A DNA stretch of 64,000 nt from Candidatus Kapaibacterium sp. (GTDB taxonomy: Bacteria > Bacteroidota > Ignavibacteria > Kapaibacteriales > UBA2268), in assembly GCA_963664875.1 (NCBI GenBank), contig OY761611.1, positions 416,001-480,000 on the forward strand, read 5' to 3'. The position numbers were made by a program, and so were the translations under genes. Positions 10,805 through 20,661 of the stretch are shown piece after piece (within the stretch, counting starts at the first letter, position 1; the number at the start of each line of letters is the position of its first letter). The notes under the pieces were generated by a model. That model searched no databases. It worked only from the letters and a program-made list of their open reading frames with translations, and had not been told where the DNA came from.

Positions 10805-11887
10805 ATGAAAAGAGCTCATAATTTCAGTGCAGGTCCGGCAATATTACCTGTAAGTGTTTTGGAAGAAACTGCTCAGGCAGTGTTAAACTATAATAACACA
10901 GGCATGTCAATAATGGAAATGAGCCACCGTTCTGCAGATTATGATAAAGTAATCAAAGAAGCACAAGCAGACGTACTTTCTATTATGAATTTATCTGCTG
11001 CTGATTACTCTGTTTTATTCCTTGGTGGTGGTGCTTCTTTGCAGTTTACAATGGTACCTCACAACTTCTTGAAAACTAAAGCTGATTACATCAATACAGG
11101 TGTATGGGCAACTAAAGCAATCAAAGAAGCTAAGTTTATGGGTGAAACTAATGTAATTGCAAGCTCTGAAGATAAAAACTTTAACTACATTCCAAAAGAT
11201 TTTAAAGTTAATCCAGATGCTGATTATGTTCACTACACTACAAACAACACTATTTTCGGTACTGAATTCAAAGCTATTCCTGAAGTAGGCAATGTACCTT
11301 TGGTAGCTGATATGTCTTCTGATATATTTTCAAGAGAATATGACTGGTCTAAATTCTCTTTGATTTATGCAGGTGCTCAAAAAAATATTGGTCCTGCAGG
11401 TGTTACCATGGTAGTTGTTAAAAATGCCTGGGTAGAAGAAGCAAACACTAACATCCCAACAATGTTAAAATATAAAACACATAGCTCTAAAGAGTCTATG
11501 TTCAACACTCCTCCTTGTTTACCAATTTTTGTTTTAGGTAAAACAATGAAATGGATTATGCAAGAAGGCGGTTTAGGAGCAATTCAAAAAATGAATGAAG
11601 AAAAAGCTGCAGTACTTTATGATTTCATGGATGCTAACAGCGATTTCTACAAAGGTACAGTTACAAACAAAGAAGATCGCTCTTTGATGAATGTAACATG
11701 GAACCTTCAAACTCCTGAATTAGAAGCTAAGTTTATTAAAGAAGCCAAAGAATCTGAAAATATGACTAACTTAAAAGGTCATAGAGATGTTGGCGGCATC
11801 CGTGCTTCTATTTACAATGCTTGTCCTAAATCTTCTGTTGAAGCTTTAGTAGCATTTATGGATAAATTCATGAAAAACAACAAGTAA
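10805..11887 (+). CDS. serC: Phosphoserine aminotransferase
   Basis: NFSAGPAILP, EMSHRS, GAQKNIGPAG (PLP lysine), GHRDVGGIRASIYNA; AAGGAG RBS. Confidence 0.95.
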   Translation: MKRAHNFSAGPAILPVSVLEETAQAVLNYNNTGMSIMEMSHRSADYDKVIKEAQADVLSIMNLSAADYSVLFLGGGASLQFTMVPHNFLKTKADYINTGVWATKAIKEAKFMGETNVIASSEDKNFNYIPKDFKVNPDADYVHYTTNNTIFGTEFKAIPEVGNVPLVADMSSDIFSREYDWSKFSLIYAGAQKNIGPAGVTMVVVKNAWVEEANTNIPTMLKYKTHSSKESMFNTPPCLPIFVLGKTMKWIMQEGGLGAIQKMNEEKAAVLYDFMDANSDFYKGTVTNKEDRSLMNVTWNLQTPELEAKFIKEAKESENMTNLKGHRDVGGIRASIYNACPKSSVEALVAFMDKFMKNNK

Positions 11888-11907
11888 TTGTTTATCTAGC
11901 TTATTGT

Positions 11908-11941
11908 AAAGCCTCTTGTACCAAACAAGGGGCTTTTTTTT
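11908..11941 (+). terminator. Intrinsic terminator of serC
   Basis: GCCTCTTGT-loop-ACAAGGGGC followed by T8. Confidence 0.8.
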
Positions 11942-11962
11942 GCTCTGGTTACCCAAAAAAAT

Positions 11963-11998
11963 AAAAGAGGCTCTTTAATAACACATCAAAGAGCCTCT
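11963..11998 (-). terminator. Intrinsic terminator of ftcd
   Basis: AGAGGCTCTTT...AAAGAGCCTCT stem with A-run on the left (T-tract on minus strand). Confidence 0.7.
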
Positions 11999-12018
11999 GT
12001 AAGTGATTACTATAATAG

Positions 12019-13641
12019 CTATTTATCGCGACTGGATAAAATATCTAAGACTTCTTTGCATTTTATCTCAGCTCTTACTTTCATATCTTCTGCCTCTTTT
12101 AAGATTTCAGCTTTAAAAGCTTCATCTTGGATGCCTGGCATATTTATAAGTACATTTTTATAAGCACCCCAGATGCCAACTTCTAATGCACGAGCACCTA
12201 CTTCAACATCAGACTTAGAAGCGATGTTGCCGAATTTTGCAACTTCAACCATTTTGTCCCAGGCTTTGTCGCCATTGCGCATGGTTGTAAGCGGTACTAA
12301 AATTGCTTTTTTAAGACCGTTTTGCATAGCTTCGTTACGTAATTTTTGCTCAGCTTCATTTCCCTTAGGTAAACGCATAGCATCAACATAATCATTAAAA
12401 GCGTTTGTATCAGCGTCTATCATAGGAATCAAATCTTGAGTAGCATTATGCAATGTTGGTATAATGCCTCGCAATTCTGTTTCAATATTTTCAAATTTAC
12501 GAACACCATAAGTAAGTTTTGCTACCATTGCTCCAAGACCTGTGCCAAGAGCAGCGATTGTCGCACTTACAGAACCACCTCCGGGTGCAGAAGTACGAGC
12601 CGCTACTTCTTCAGTAAACGCTCTTACTGTCATACTTGCTAATGGTTCATCTCTGTCTTCTTGGATTAGATATTCTATAATACGCTTTTTAGGGTCAAAA
12701 TGCCCAACAGAGTTCAAGCCTAATCTCTCTATGACTAATCGAATTTTTTGTTCTTCATCTATAATAAAGAGGTTTTCTTTCTCCATATAATAGTCAGCTG
12801 CTTGCAACATAGCTTCTAAAGGTACTAAACCTACTAATTCGGAGCCGGCAACAGCAACATTTATTTCCGAAGCAAGTCTTTTGGCTTCTTCGAAAGCTAC
12901 ATGGATTGGAGTTACTTTGTAGTTTGTGAGGTTCATAGTTATCTGAGCCATATTATACTCATCTACCCACCAGCCCATACCTTGTACTTCATCGAGTAAG
13001 CCGGGCTCGCCTGGACCTCTTCCATTTGTTCTTAAATCAAGAGCGATGCGATGTGCCTGATTGTTTGTACCGATAATATTTACATTATAAGCAATCAGAA
13101 AGAATCTCGCACCTGTTGCAGATGCACCCCAAGAAGGAACAAATTCAGCCGGACCAAAATCAGGTTTCCATTCAGGATCGTAAATCTTTTGAGCCATGCC
13201 TTCATATTCTCCGGCACGGATATTAGGTAATTTGCGGCGTTTTTCTTCTTGAGCAGCCTCTCCGTATAGAAAAATCGGAACATTTAGTTCTTCAGCGCAT
13301 CTTTTACCGAATATTTTTGCCAACTCGACACATTCTTCCATTGTTGTGTTTGCCACAGGAATGAAAGGACATACATCTAAAGCACCCATACGTTTATGTT
13401 CACCCTTGTGATGACGCATATCTATGAGTTCTTTGGCAACTTTAGAAGCATTGATAGCACCTTCGACAACTGCTTCAGGCTCACCAACAAAAGTGTAAAC
13501 AGTACGATTAGTTGAAAATCCTGGATCAACATCTAATAAGCTACAGCCCGGAGTTTTTCTAATAGCTTCAGCAATAGCTTCTATTGTTTCTTTATTTCTA
13601 CCTTCCGAGAAATTAGGAACGCACTCGACAATCTTTCTCAT
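12019..13641 (-). CDS. ftcd: Bifunctional glutamate formimidoyltransferase / formimidoyl-THF cyclodeaminase
   Basis: VECVPNFSEGR, HKGEHKRMGALDVCPF, SAPGGGSVSA (cyclodeaminase domain); 540 aa. Confidence 0.95.
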   Translation of the reverse strand: MRKIVECVPNFSEGRNKETIEAIAEAIRKTPGCSLLDVDPGFSTNRTVYTFVGEPEAVVEGAINASKVAKELIDMRHHKGEHKRMGALDVCPFIPVANTTMEECVELAKIFGKRCAEELNVPIFLYGEAAQEEKRRKLPNIRAGEYEGMAQKIYDPEWKPDFGPAEFVPSWGASATGARFFLIAYNVNIIGTNNQAHRIALDLRTNGRGPGEPGLLDEVQGMGWWVDEYNMAQITMNLTNYKVTPIHVAFEEAKRLASEINVAVAGSELVGLVPLEAMLQAADYYMEKENLFIIDEEQKIRLVIERLGLNSVGHFDPKKRIIEYLIQEDRDEPLASMTVRAFTEEVAARTSAPGGGSVSATIAALGTGLGAMVAKLTYGVRKFENIETELRGIIPTLHNATQDLIPMIDADTNAFNDYVDAMRLPKGNEAEQKLRNEAMQNGLKKAILVPLTTMRNGDKAWDKMVEVAKFGNIASKSDVEVGARALEVGIWGAYKNVLINMPGIQDEAFKAEILKEAEDMKVRAEIKCKEVLDILSSRDK

Positions 13642-13708
13642 TTGATACTCTTTAATATTCGATAAAATTCAATTATTGACTACCAAAAGCAAATTAGTAG
13701 AAATAATA

Positions 13709-14293
13709 CTATTTTTCAAATAAATATATTTTCAGTCTAACCACGTTCGTCATCCACCTTCTGTCTGTTATATCCATAGGAAAAATGATTGAGAAAGAAT
13801 TGAACACCAATTTAGCAGGTCTTGTTAGTTTATTTATTTGACAGTATATTTTTTTTACAGTAGCGATTTTAAGTTCTTTATCTAAATCTGCATAATCAAT
13901 AATACCTTTTTCGTTTTCTGATATTTTTACTGTATCGCCCACAGAGCCAACAACTTTGTCTATAAGCATCACGGGAGGAATAGCAGAAATGCTTTTAGAA
14001 ATTTCATCATAAGTAAAAAGCATAGAATATCCGTCTGCCGACTCAAACTCTAAGATAATCGAATTTGTATCACTAATACCGGCTTGCAGTACTATTTCCT
14101 GCAACGGCAGGGAATAATATTTTCCTAAAAAAGTATTTTTGCTATTATAGAACTCTGTTGAATATGATAAATTGAATAATTTATCGCTTAACTGATTCAT
14201 TTCAAAAGTTTTGATTAGTTTAAGATTAGCACTAAGTCCATTATACAATAGACTTATAAAAATTACGCCTAAGATGGGAAAGATTCTAAACAT
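13709..14293 (-). CDS. Exported hypothetical protein, weakly resembling the molybdopterin-oxidoreductase (sulfite oxidase-like) fold
   Basis: Signal peptide; LQEIVLQAG, ESADGYSMLFTYDEI, FPMDITDRRWMTNV. Confidence 0.45.
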   Translation of the reverse strand: MFRIFPILGVIFISLLYNGLSANLKLIKTFEMNQLSDKLFNLSYSTEFYNSKNTFLGKYYSLPLQEIVLQAGISDTNSIILEFESADGYSMLFTYDEISKSISAIPPVMLIDKVVGSVGDTVKISENEKGIIDYADLDKELKIATVKKIYCQINKLTRPAKLVFNSFSIIFPMDITDRRWMTNVVRLKIYLFEK

Positions 14294-14470
14294 AGTAGCA
14301 ACAATCCATTTTATACATTAACATAACGCAAAATATACATTTTTTTTCAGTCATAGTAAAAGTAAAATCGCATATCGGCTCAAATATTTTTGTTTTCGAT
14401 ATAAAAGCGACGTAAGTTGCAATTGATATATACTTTGTACAAAGATTTTACTCTAAGGAGTTTTTTTTAG

Positions 14471-14839
14471 ATGCAACGTATCATGTTCAAATCTAAAATA
14501 CACAGAGCATCAATAACTGATGCAAATTTGAATTATGAGGGTTCTCTAACTGTTGATCAGGATCTATTAGATCTTGCGGACATGAAACTTTACGAAAAGG
14601 TTTCTGTTGTCAATATCAACAATGGAGAACGCTTTGAAACTTACGTTATTCCGGGTGAAAGAGGAAAACGGGAAATATGTCTTAACGGAGCTGCCGCCAG
14701 AAAAGGTCAACCGGGAGACAGAGTTATTATTATAACTTATGGGCATTATGATGACTCAGAGTTAGATAATTTCCAACCAACTGTTGTACTCGTCGATGAG
14801 AATAACGTGGTTATTTCTGCAACAAAACCGGAAAAATAA
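14471..14839 (+). CDS. panD: Aspartate 1-decarboxylase
   Basis: KSKIHRA, YEGSLT (G|S cleavage site), [19 protein letters not shown]. Confidence 0.95.
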   Translation: MQRIMFKSKIHRASITDANLNYEGSLTVDQDLLDLADMKLYEKVSVVNINNGERFETYVIPGERGKREICLNGAAARKGQPGDRVIIITYGHYDDSELDNFQPTVVLVDENNVVISATKPEK

Positions 14840-15594
14840 TGAACAAACCACTTTCCACAGTAGTGCTTGCTGCCGGATTAGGCAAAAGGATGAATAATCC
14901 TGAATTACCCAAAGTATTGGCAAAAATGGATAATCAGCCTTTATTAGGACATGTATTGACCACATCTTCGCTATTAAACCCAACACAGCAAGTAATCATT
15001 GTTGGTCATTTTAGAGAAAAAGTAATCGATTATATAGAGTCTTCTTCTTTCAGCAATTGTGTCTTTGCAATTCAAGAAGAGCAGCTTGGCACAGCTCATG
15101 CGGTGATGCAAGCCAAAGAAGCTTTACAAAAATTTTATGGTAATGTCTTGATTCTTTGTGGGGATGTTCCTCTTTTATCTAAAAATACTTTAGATAGATT
15201 TATAGCTTCACACGAAGACAATAAATCCGATGTTTCAGTTCTTTCGACATTTGCTGATGAGCCTTTTGGGTATGGCAGAATAATTCGAGATGAGGACTAT
15301 TTCTTTATAGGCATAAAAGAAGAAAAAGATGCATCAGATGAAGAAAAAGAGATTTGTGAGATAAATAGTGGCGTATTTCTTATAGATAAAGAAATGCTAT
15401 TTGCAGCTTTAGATAAAATAAATTCCGAGAACGCACAAGGCGAATATTATCTGACAGATATAATCTCCATTTTAAAATCTGAAAATCGGAATGTAATGGC
15501 TTTCCCTATAGCTGATTTTGAAGAGCTACAGGGAGTAAATACTCTCGAAGATTTACAAAGAGTCGAACTTGTATATAAATCATTAAAACAATAA
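14839..15594 (+). CDS. Sugar-phosphate nucleotidyltransferase equivalent to the GlmU N-terminal uridyltransferase domain only
   Basis: LAAGLGKRM, PKVL, EQLGTAHAV, GDVPL, GYGRI, NAQGEYYLTD; lacks hexapeptide acetyltransferase domain. Confidence 0.85.
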   Translation: MNKPLSTVVLAAGLGKRMNNPELPKVLAKMDNQPLLGHVLTTSSLLNPTQQVIIVGHFREKVIDYIESSSFSNCVFAIQEEQLGTAHAVMQAKEALQKFYGNVLILCGDVPLLSKNTLDRFIASHEDNKSDVSVLSTFADEPFGYGRIIRDEDYFFIGIKEEKDASDEEKEICEINSGVFLIDKEMLFAALDKINSENAQGEYYLTDIISILKSENRNVMAFPIADFEELQGVNTLEDLQRVELVYKSLKQ

Positions 15595-15606
15595 GAGAGA
15601 AATAAC

Positions 15607-16014
15607 ATGATACAATCCATCAATCACATTGGTATCGCAGTTAGTGATCTTGAAGCTTCTATTGAATTATTCAAAAAAATATTTCAATTCGAGCATTTGC
15701 ACAGAGAAGTCGTAGAAGAACAAAAAGTAAGTGTAGGTTCTTTCAAAGTTGGCGAAGTTTTGATTGAACTTACAGCTCCAACCGACGAAGAATCACCAAT
15801 TGCAAAATTTATTGCAAAAAAAGGTGAAGGTATTCATCATATAGGATTTAATTCTGATAGTGTTTCTACAGACTTGGAAAGATTGAAAGGCGAAGGTATC
15901 AAACTTATTGATGAATGTCCAAGAAATGGTGCTCACGATATGTTGATAGCATTTTTACACCCAAAATCTACAAATGGCGTGTTAACAGAAATCTGTATGC
16001 CTAAAGACAAGTAA
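15607..16014 (+). CDS. mce: Methylmalonyl-CoA epimerase
   Basis: HIGIAV, GEGIHHI, FLHPKSTNGVLTE. Confidence 0.9.
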   Translation: MIQSINHIGIAVSDLEASIELFKKIFQFEHLHREVVEEQKVSVGSFKVGEVLIELTAPTDEESPIAKFIAKKGEGIHHIGFNSDSVSTDLERLKGEGIKLIDECPRNGAHDMLIAFLHPKSTNGVLTEICMPKDK

Positions 16015-16041
16015 GTAGATTGAACAAAACTATTTATAATT

Positions 16042-16071
16042 GTCGTGTCGGATTATCTGACAGGACTTTTT
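16042..16071 (+). terminator. Probable terminator of panD-NTase-mce
   Basis: GTCGTGTCGGA-TTA-TCTGACAGGAC followed by T-tract. Confidence 0.55.
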
Positions 16072-16134
16072 ATTTTTCAAATGATATGCTTTTTTTACTA
16101 TTTTTGTTTTTTTAACAAATACAGGTAAAATGAT

Positions 16135-17868
16135 ATGTCAATCAAATCTTTATTGCAAGCAGTCATATTCACATCCGCATTTGGCTTAATAGTTTCTTGC
16201 GGTGAGCCTAATAAAACAGATGAAAAATTGAATAACACAGAGGAAGTTGCAAAGATGACAACAGAATTTGATAAGTTAGCGTCGAAAATAGAAACAGAAA
16301 TGAAGGTGGTATATAGAAATTTAGCACTTTCTTATTTCGATGCTGCTGTTTCAGGGAAGGCAGAAGATTATAAAAAGGCAGAAGATTTCGAAAATGATTA
16401 TAATAAACTTGTCTCAAATAAAGAATATTTTGCAGAGTTAAAGAAGATAAAAGATTCTGGTTTAGTAACAGACAGTATTCAAATCAGAAGGCTCAATATG
16501 CTTTATAATGCCTTTTTGGCTAACCAGATAAGCATAGAAAAGCTTCAAGAAACAACTGCTCTCCAAAGTGCAATCACTGAAAAATATTCCAAATTTAGAG
16601 CTGTTGTTGATGGCAAACAGTTGGATGACAATCAAATAGAAAATATTTTGAGAGAATCAACCGACAACAATAAACTTAAAGCAACTTGGCTTGCACATAA
16701 AGAGTTAGGCAATGTGGTTGCTGAAGATATTATCAAGTTAGTTAAGCTCAGAAATGAAACAGCACGAACACTCGGTTTTAGAAATTATCACGAAATGTCG
16801 CTTACTCTAAGTGACCAAAATCCTCAGGATATAGAAAAGATATTCGATGAATTAGATTTGTTGACTAAAGAAGAATATATTTCTTTGAAAGGTGAAATAG
16901 ATACTTATTTAGCTAAAAGACTTAACATAAAACCAGAAGAATTGATGCCTTGGCACTATCAAAACAGATTTTTCCAAGAGGCTCCACAGATTTACGAACT
17001 AAATTTGGACAAATATTTCAAAGGACAAGATTTAGTAAAACTTACAGAAGATTATTTTGCTACAATAGACATGCCCATTAATGATATGGTAGCAAAAAGC
17101 GATTTGTTCCCTAAAGAAGGGAAAAATCAACATGCATTTTGCACAGACATAGACAGAGACAATGGCGACATTAGAGTACTCTGTAATGTTGTTGATAACC
17201 AAAGCTGGATGAATACAATGCTACATGAGTATGGTCATGCTGTGTATTTCAAATACCATGATCAAACTCTTCCTTGGACCTTGAAAACACCTGCTCATAC
17301 ATTCACAACGGAAGCTATCGCAATGCTTTTCGGTAGAATGGCATCTAATCCTGATTGGATGCAAAGCATGCTGGGAATCAGCAAAAAAGAAGCAAAAAGT
17401 ATCTCAAGCACTGCTTTTAAATTACTAAAATTGGAGCAGCTTGTGTTCAGCAGATGGGCTCAGGTTATGTATAGATTCGAAAAAGAAATGTATAACAACC
17501 CTGATCAAGACTTGAATCAGCTGTGGTGGGATATTGTTGAAAAGTATCAAATGATGAAAAAGCCTGAAGGAAGAAATATGCCGGATTGGGCAACCAAAAC
17601 ACATATTGCAACTTCACCTTGCTATTATCACAACTATCTTCTTGGAGAATTGCTTGCGTCTCAGCTAGACCATTACATCAAAGTCAATATCCTTAAACAG
17701 GAATATTCAATGCCTGCCGGTTATTACGCAAATAAGGAAGTAGGTAAATATCTAAAAGAAATGATTTATGCACCAGGAGCTAAATACTACTGGAATGATA
17801 TGATAGAAAGGGCAACCGGTGAAAAACTTACTGCTAAATACTATGCAGAACAGTTTTTGACAAAATAG
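16135..17868 (+). CDS. M3/M2-family zinc metallopeptidase lipoprotein
   Basis: Lipobox IVSC; HEYGH; downstream TEAIAM; YYHNYLLG. Confidence 0.85.
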   Translation: MSIKSLLQAVIFTSAFGLIVSCGEPNKTDEKLNNTEEVAKMTTEFDKLASKIETEMKVVYRNLALSYFDAAVSGKAEDYKKAEDFENDYNKLVSNKEYFAELKKIKDSGLVTDSIQIRRLNMLYNAFLANQISIEKLQETTALQSAITEKYSKFRAVVDGKQLDDNQIENILRESTDNNKLKATWLAHKELGNVVAEDIIKLVKLRNETARTLGFRNYHEMSLTLSDQNPQDIEKIFDELDLLTKEEYISLKGEIDTYLAKRLNIKPEELMPWHYQNRFFQEAPQIYELNLDKYFKGQDLVKLTEDYFATIDMPINDMVAKSDLFPKEGKNQHAFCTDIDRDNGDIRVLCNVVDNQSWMNTMLHEYGHAVYFKYHDQTLPWTLKTPAHTFTTEAIAMLFGRMASNPDWMQSMLGISKKEAKSISSTAFKLLKLEQLVFSRWAQVMYRFEKEMYNNPDQDLNQLWWDIVEKYQMMKKPEGRNMPDWATKTHIATSPCYYHNYLLGELLASQLDHYIKVNILKQEYSMPAGYYANKEVGKYLKEMIYAPGAKYYWNDMIERATGEKLTAKYYAEQFLTK

Positions 17869-17890
17869 TATATACTTTACATTTTATAAG

Positions 17891-17936
17891 AAAAACGGGT
17901 ATTTATCAAATCATTTGTTAAATGCTCGTTTTTTTT
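17891..17936 (+). terminator. Intrinsic terminator after peptidase gene
   Basis: AAAAACGGGTATTTA...TAAATGCTCGTTTTTTTT. Confidence 0.7.
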
Positions 17937-18048
17937 ATATCTTGACTCATATAACAATAATATTTAGTATTTTGACTAAATAAGACAACAATTGAGACTA
18001 CGAATCCGTATTCTTAGAATAGATAAAAACCAAATAGGAATGCAAAAT

Positions 18049-20520
18049 ATGACTGATGTAAAAAAACTTGAGTTGTCAATTGACCAGTTGCGATGGATTT
18101 GTCCTGAAGATTCTTTCAATTTTGAGACCACAAAAGAGATAGAGCCATTAAATAAAATAGTAGGGCAAGAGAGAGCTATCGAAGCAATTCGCATGGGTGC
18201 GGGACTGAAAGCTAAGGGTTATAATATATTTGTAACAGGTCTGTCAGGTACCGGCAGACTTTCAACTGTGAAACAAATTCTTGAAGACAGTACGGTAGCA
18301 AAACCAAAATTGTTTGACTATTGCTATGTAAATAATTTTGCTGATCCGGATCAGCCAATATTAGTAAAATTGCCGAGAAGTAAAGGTAAAGAGTTTAAAG
18401 GTGCTGTTGGTGACGCTATTTCTTATTTAAAAAGAAGATTGCCTAAATTATTTGAAGAAGAATCATATCAGCAATCTCGTAGGAAAATAGTAGAAGAATA
18501 TCAAGAAAAAGAACGTTCATTTCTTTCAGAATTTGATAAAAAAATCAAACCACACGGTTTTATCAGAGGCCAAATCGAAACAGAACAAGGAATAATTCAG
18601 CCTGAAGTGTTTCCAATCATAGACAATAAGCCTGTGCAAATCGAAGTATTAGATGATTTGGTAGAGGAAGGTAAGCTAAGCTATGATAAAGCAGATCAAC
18701 TAAAGGAGCTTTGGAAAAAGTTTCATAATGAGATTTTTGAATTAGCAAAATCCGGCATGAAACTCATGAAAGATTTTAAACGTGCTCTCTCAAAAAATGA
18801 TCGTGCTTCAGCTGAAATAGTCGTTACTTCAGTTTTTTCCGAAGTTGCAGATATGTTTCATAATGATAGGGTTGATATTTATATTGATGAAGTTATTAAC
18901 CATATTTTGAATAATTTGACTCCTTTTGTACAGGGAGATGCAGCTTTTGCCAATCCTCAAGAACCTGAGAAAACTAAAGAAAATTACTTTAGTATGTATG
19001 AAGTAAATGTTGTGTTAGATAATTCCGAAACAGATAAAGCTCCTTTGGTAATTGAAACTACGCCATCTTATCAGAACCTATTCGGAACTATAGAAAAAGT
19101 TTATGACAATAGAGGATTTTGGAGAACAGATTTTACTAAAATAAAAGCAGGTGCTTTGCTAAAAGCTGACCAAGGCTTTTTGATTGTCAATGCTTTAGAC
19201 TTGTTTCAGGAACCCGGAGTTTGGCAGGCATTGAAAAGAGTGTTGCTATACGATAAACTCGAAATCCAGACTATGGATGCATATTTCCAAATATCACAGG
19301 CTTATTTGAAACCCGAAGCCATAGATGTAAATGTGAAAGTAGTTATCATAGGTGGTCAAACTCTATATCAACAGCTCTATCATTTCGAGAAAGGATTCAA
19401 AAAAATCTTTAAAATAAATGCTCAATTTGATTACGAAGCAAACAAAACAAATGAGATGCTTGACAACTTAGCTCGATTTATTTCGAAAATCTGTGAAGAA
19501 GATAAATTACCACATTGTAAACCGGACGGAGTTGCTGCAATTGCAGAATGGGCTGTAGAAAAGGCAGGTTCGCAAGATAAAATGACATTGAAGTTTTCTG
19601 ACATTGCTGACGTGCTGAGAGAGGCTGCGTTTTATGACAAATTAGAACAAAGCCCCTATATCGGCAGGGAAGATGTAAGTATTGCCATAAATATGCGTAG
19701 ATACCGCAATAATATGATAGATGAAAAAATCAAACAGCATATTCTTGAAGGATCGACACTTATAGACACAAAAGGTGATAGGGTAGGCCAGATTAATGGT
19801 TTGACAGTTTATGATAACGGAATTTTATCATTCGGTAAACCGGCAAGAATCACTGCATCAATTTCTGCAGGTAATAAAGGAATTGTAAATGTGGAACGCG
19901 AAGCAGAAATGAGCGGAAGAATACACAACAAGGGTGTTTTAATCATATCAGCATTTTTGCGTGAAAGATTTGCAAAGAAAAAACCAATGTCATTGACAGC
20001 GTCATTAGCATTTGAGCAGTCTTATGGCGGAATTGACGGTGATAGTGCCTCCGCTGCTGAGATTTACGTATTATTATCCGAGTTAACAAATACTCCAATA
20101 AAGCAAACCATTGCCATTACCGGTTCGCTAAATCAGAAAGGTGATATTCAACCAATAGGCGGAGTAAATGAAAAAGTAAGAGGCTTCTTTGAAATTTGCA
20201 AAGAAAATGGTTTCACAGGCGATCAAGGATGCATAATTCCAAAACAAAATGTAAAAGATTTGATGATGTGTCAGGAAGTATTAGATGCTGTCCGGGATGG
20301 AAATTTCAGAATATGGGCTATTGATAAAATTGAACAGGGAGTTCCAATCCTCATGGGTATAGAAGCAGGAGAATTAGATAAAAACGGAAAATACCCTGAA
20401 GATTCTTTGTTTGGTAAAGCTACAGCACAAATTGAACTAATGAGAGAATGGGCAAAAGATGAAGAGGAAAAGGACAAAAAGAACAATAAAACAGAAAAAT
20501 CTAAAAAAGAAATTGAATAA
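18049..20520 (+). CDS. Lon-like S16 protease (LonC/LonB type)
   Basis: IVGQERA; DGDSAS (catalytic Ser); QPIGGVNEK (catalytic Lys); degenerate Walker A GLSGTGR; start moved to ATG 18049 behind AGGA. Confidence 0.85.
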   Translation: MTDVKKLELSIDQLRWICPEDSFNFETTKEIEPLNKIVGQERAIEAIRMGAGLKAKGYNIFVTGLSGTGRLSTVKQILEDSTVAKPKLFDYCYVNNFADPDQPILVKLPRSKGKEFKGAVGDAISYLKRRLPKLFEEESYQQSRRKIVEEYQEKERSFLSEFDKKIKPHGFIRGQIETEQGIIQPEVFPIIDNKPVQIEVLDDLVEEGKLSYDKADQLKELWKKFHNEIFELAKSGMKLMKDFKRALSKNDRASAEIVVTSVFSEVADMFHNDRVDIYIDEVINHILNNLTPFVQGDAAFANPQEPEKTKENYFSMYEVNVVLDNSETDKAPLVIETTPSYQNLFGTIEKVYDNRGFWRTDFTKIKAGALLKADQGFLIVNALDLFQEPGVWQALKRVLLYDKLEIQTMDAYFQISQAYLKPEAIDVNVKVVIIGGQTLYQQLYHFEKGFKKIFKINAQFDYEANKTNEMLDNLARFISKICEEDKLPHCKPDGVAAIAEWAVEKAGSQDKMTLKFSDIADVLREAAFYDKLEQSPYIGREDVSIAINMRRYRNNMIDEKIKQHILEGSTLIDTKGDRVGQINGLTVYDNGILSFGKPARITASISAGNKGIVNVEREAEMSGRIHNKGVLIISAFLRERFAKKKPMSLTASLAFEQSYGGIDGDSASAAEIYVLLSELTNTPIKQTIAITGSLNQKGDIQPIGGVNEKVRGFFEICKENGFTGDQGCIIPKQNVKDLMMCQEVLDAVRDGNFRIWAIDKIEQGVPILMGIEAGELDKNGKYPEDSLFGKATAQIELMREWAKDEEEKDKKNNKTEKSKKEIE

Positions 20521-20661
20521 AAAAATCTAATAAGAAGATTTTTTATAAACGAATTCGTATTTTTGTTATACGATATGTGGGAAATCCAAAATCCTGAATA
20601 TCAGAAAGTAAAAAATCTGATATTCAGGGTTTTGCTTTTAATTAAATATCTTGAGAATCAA

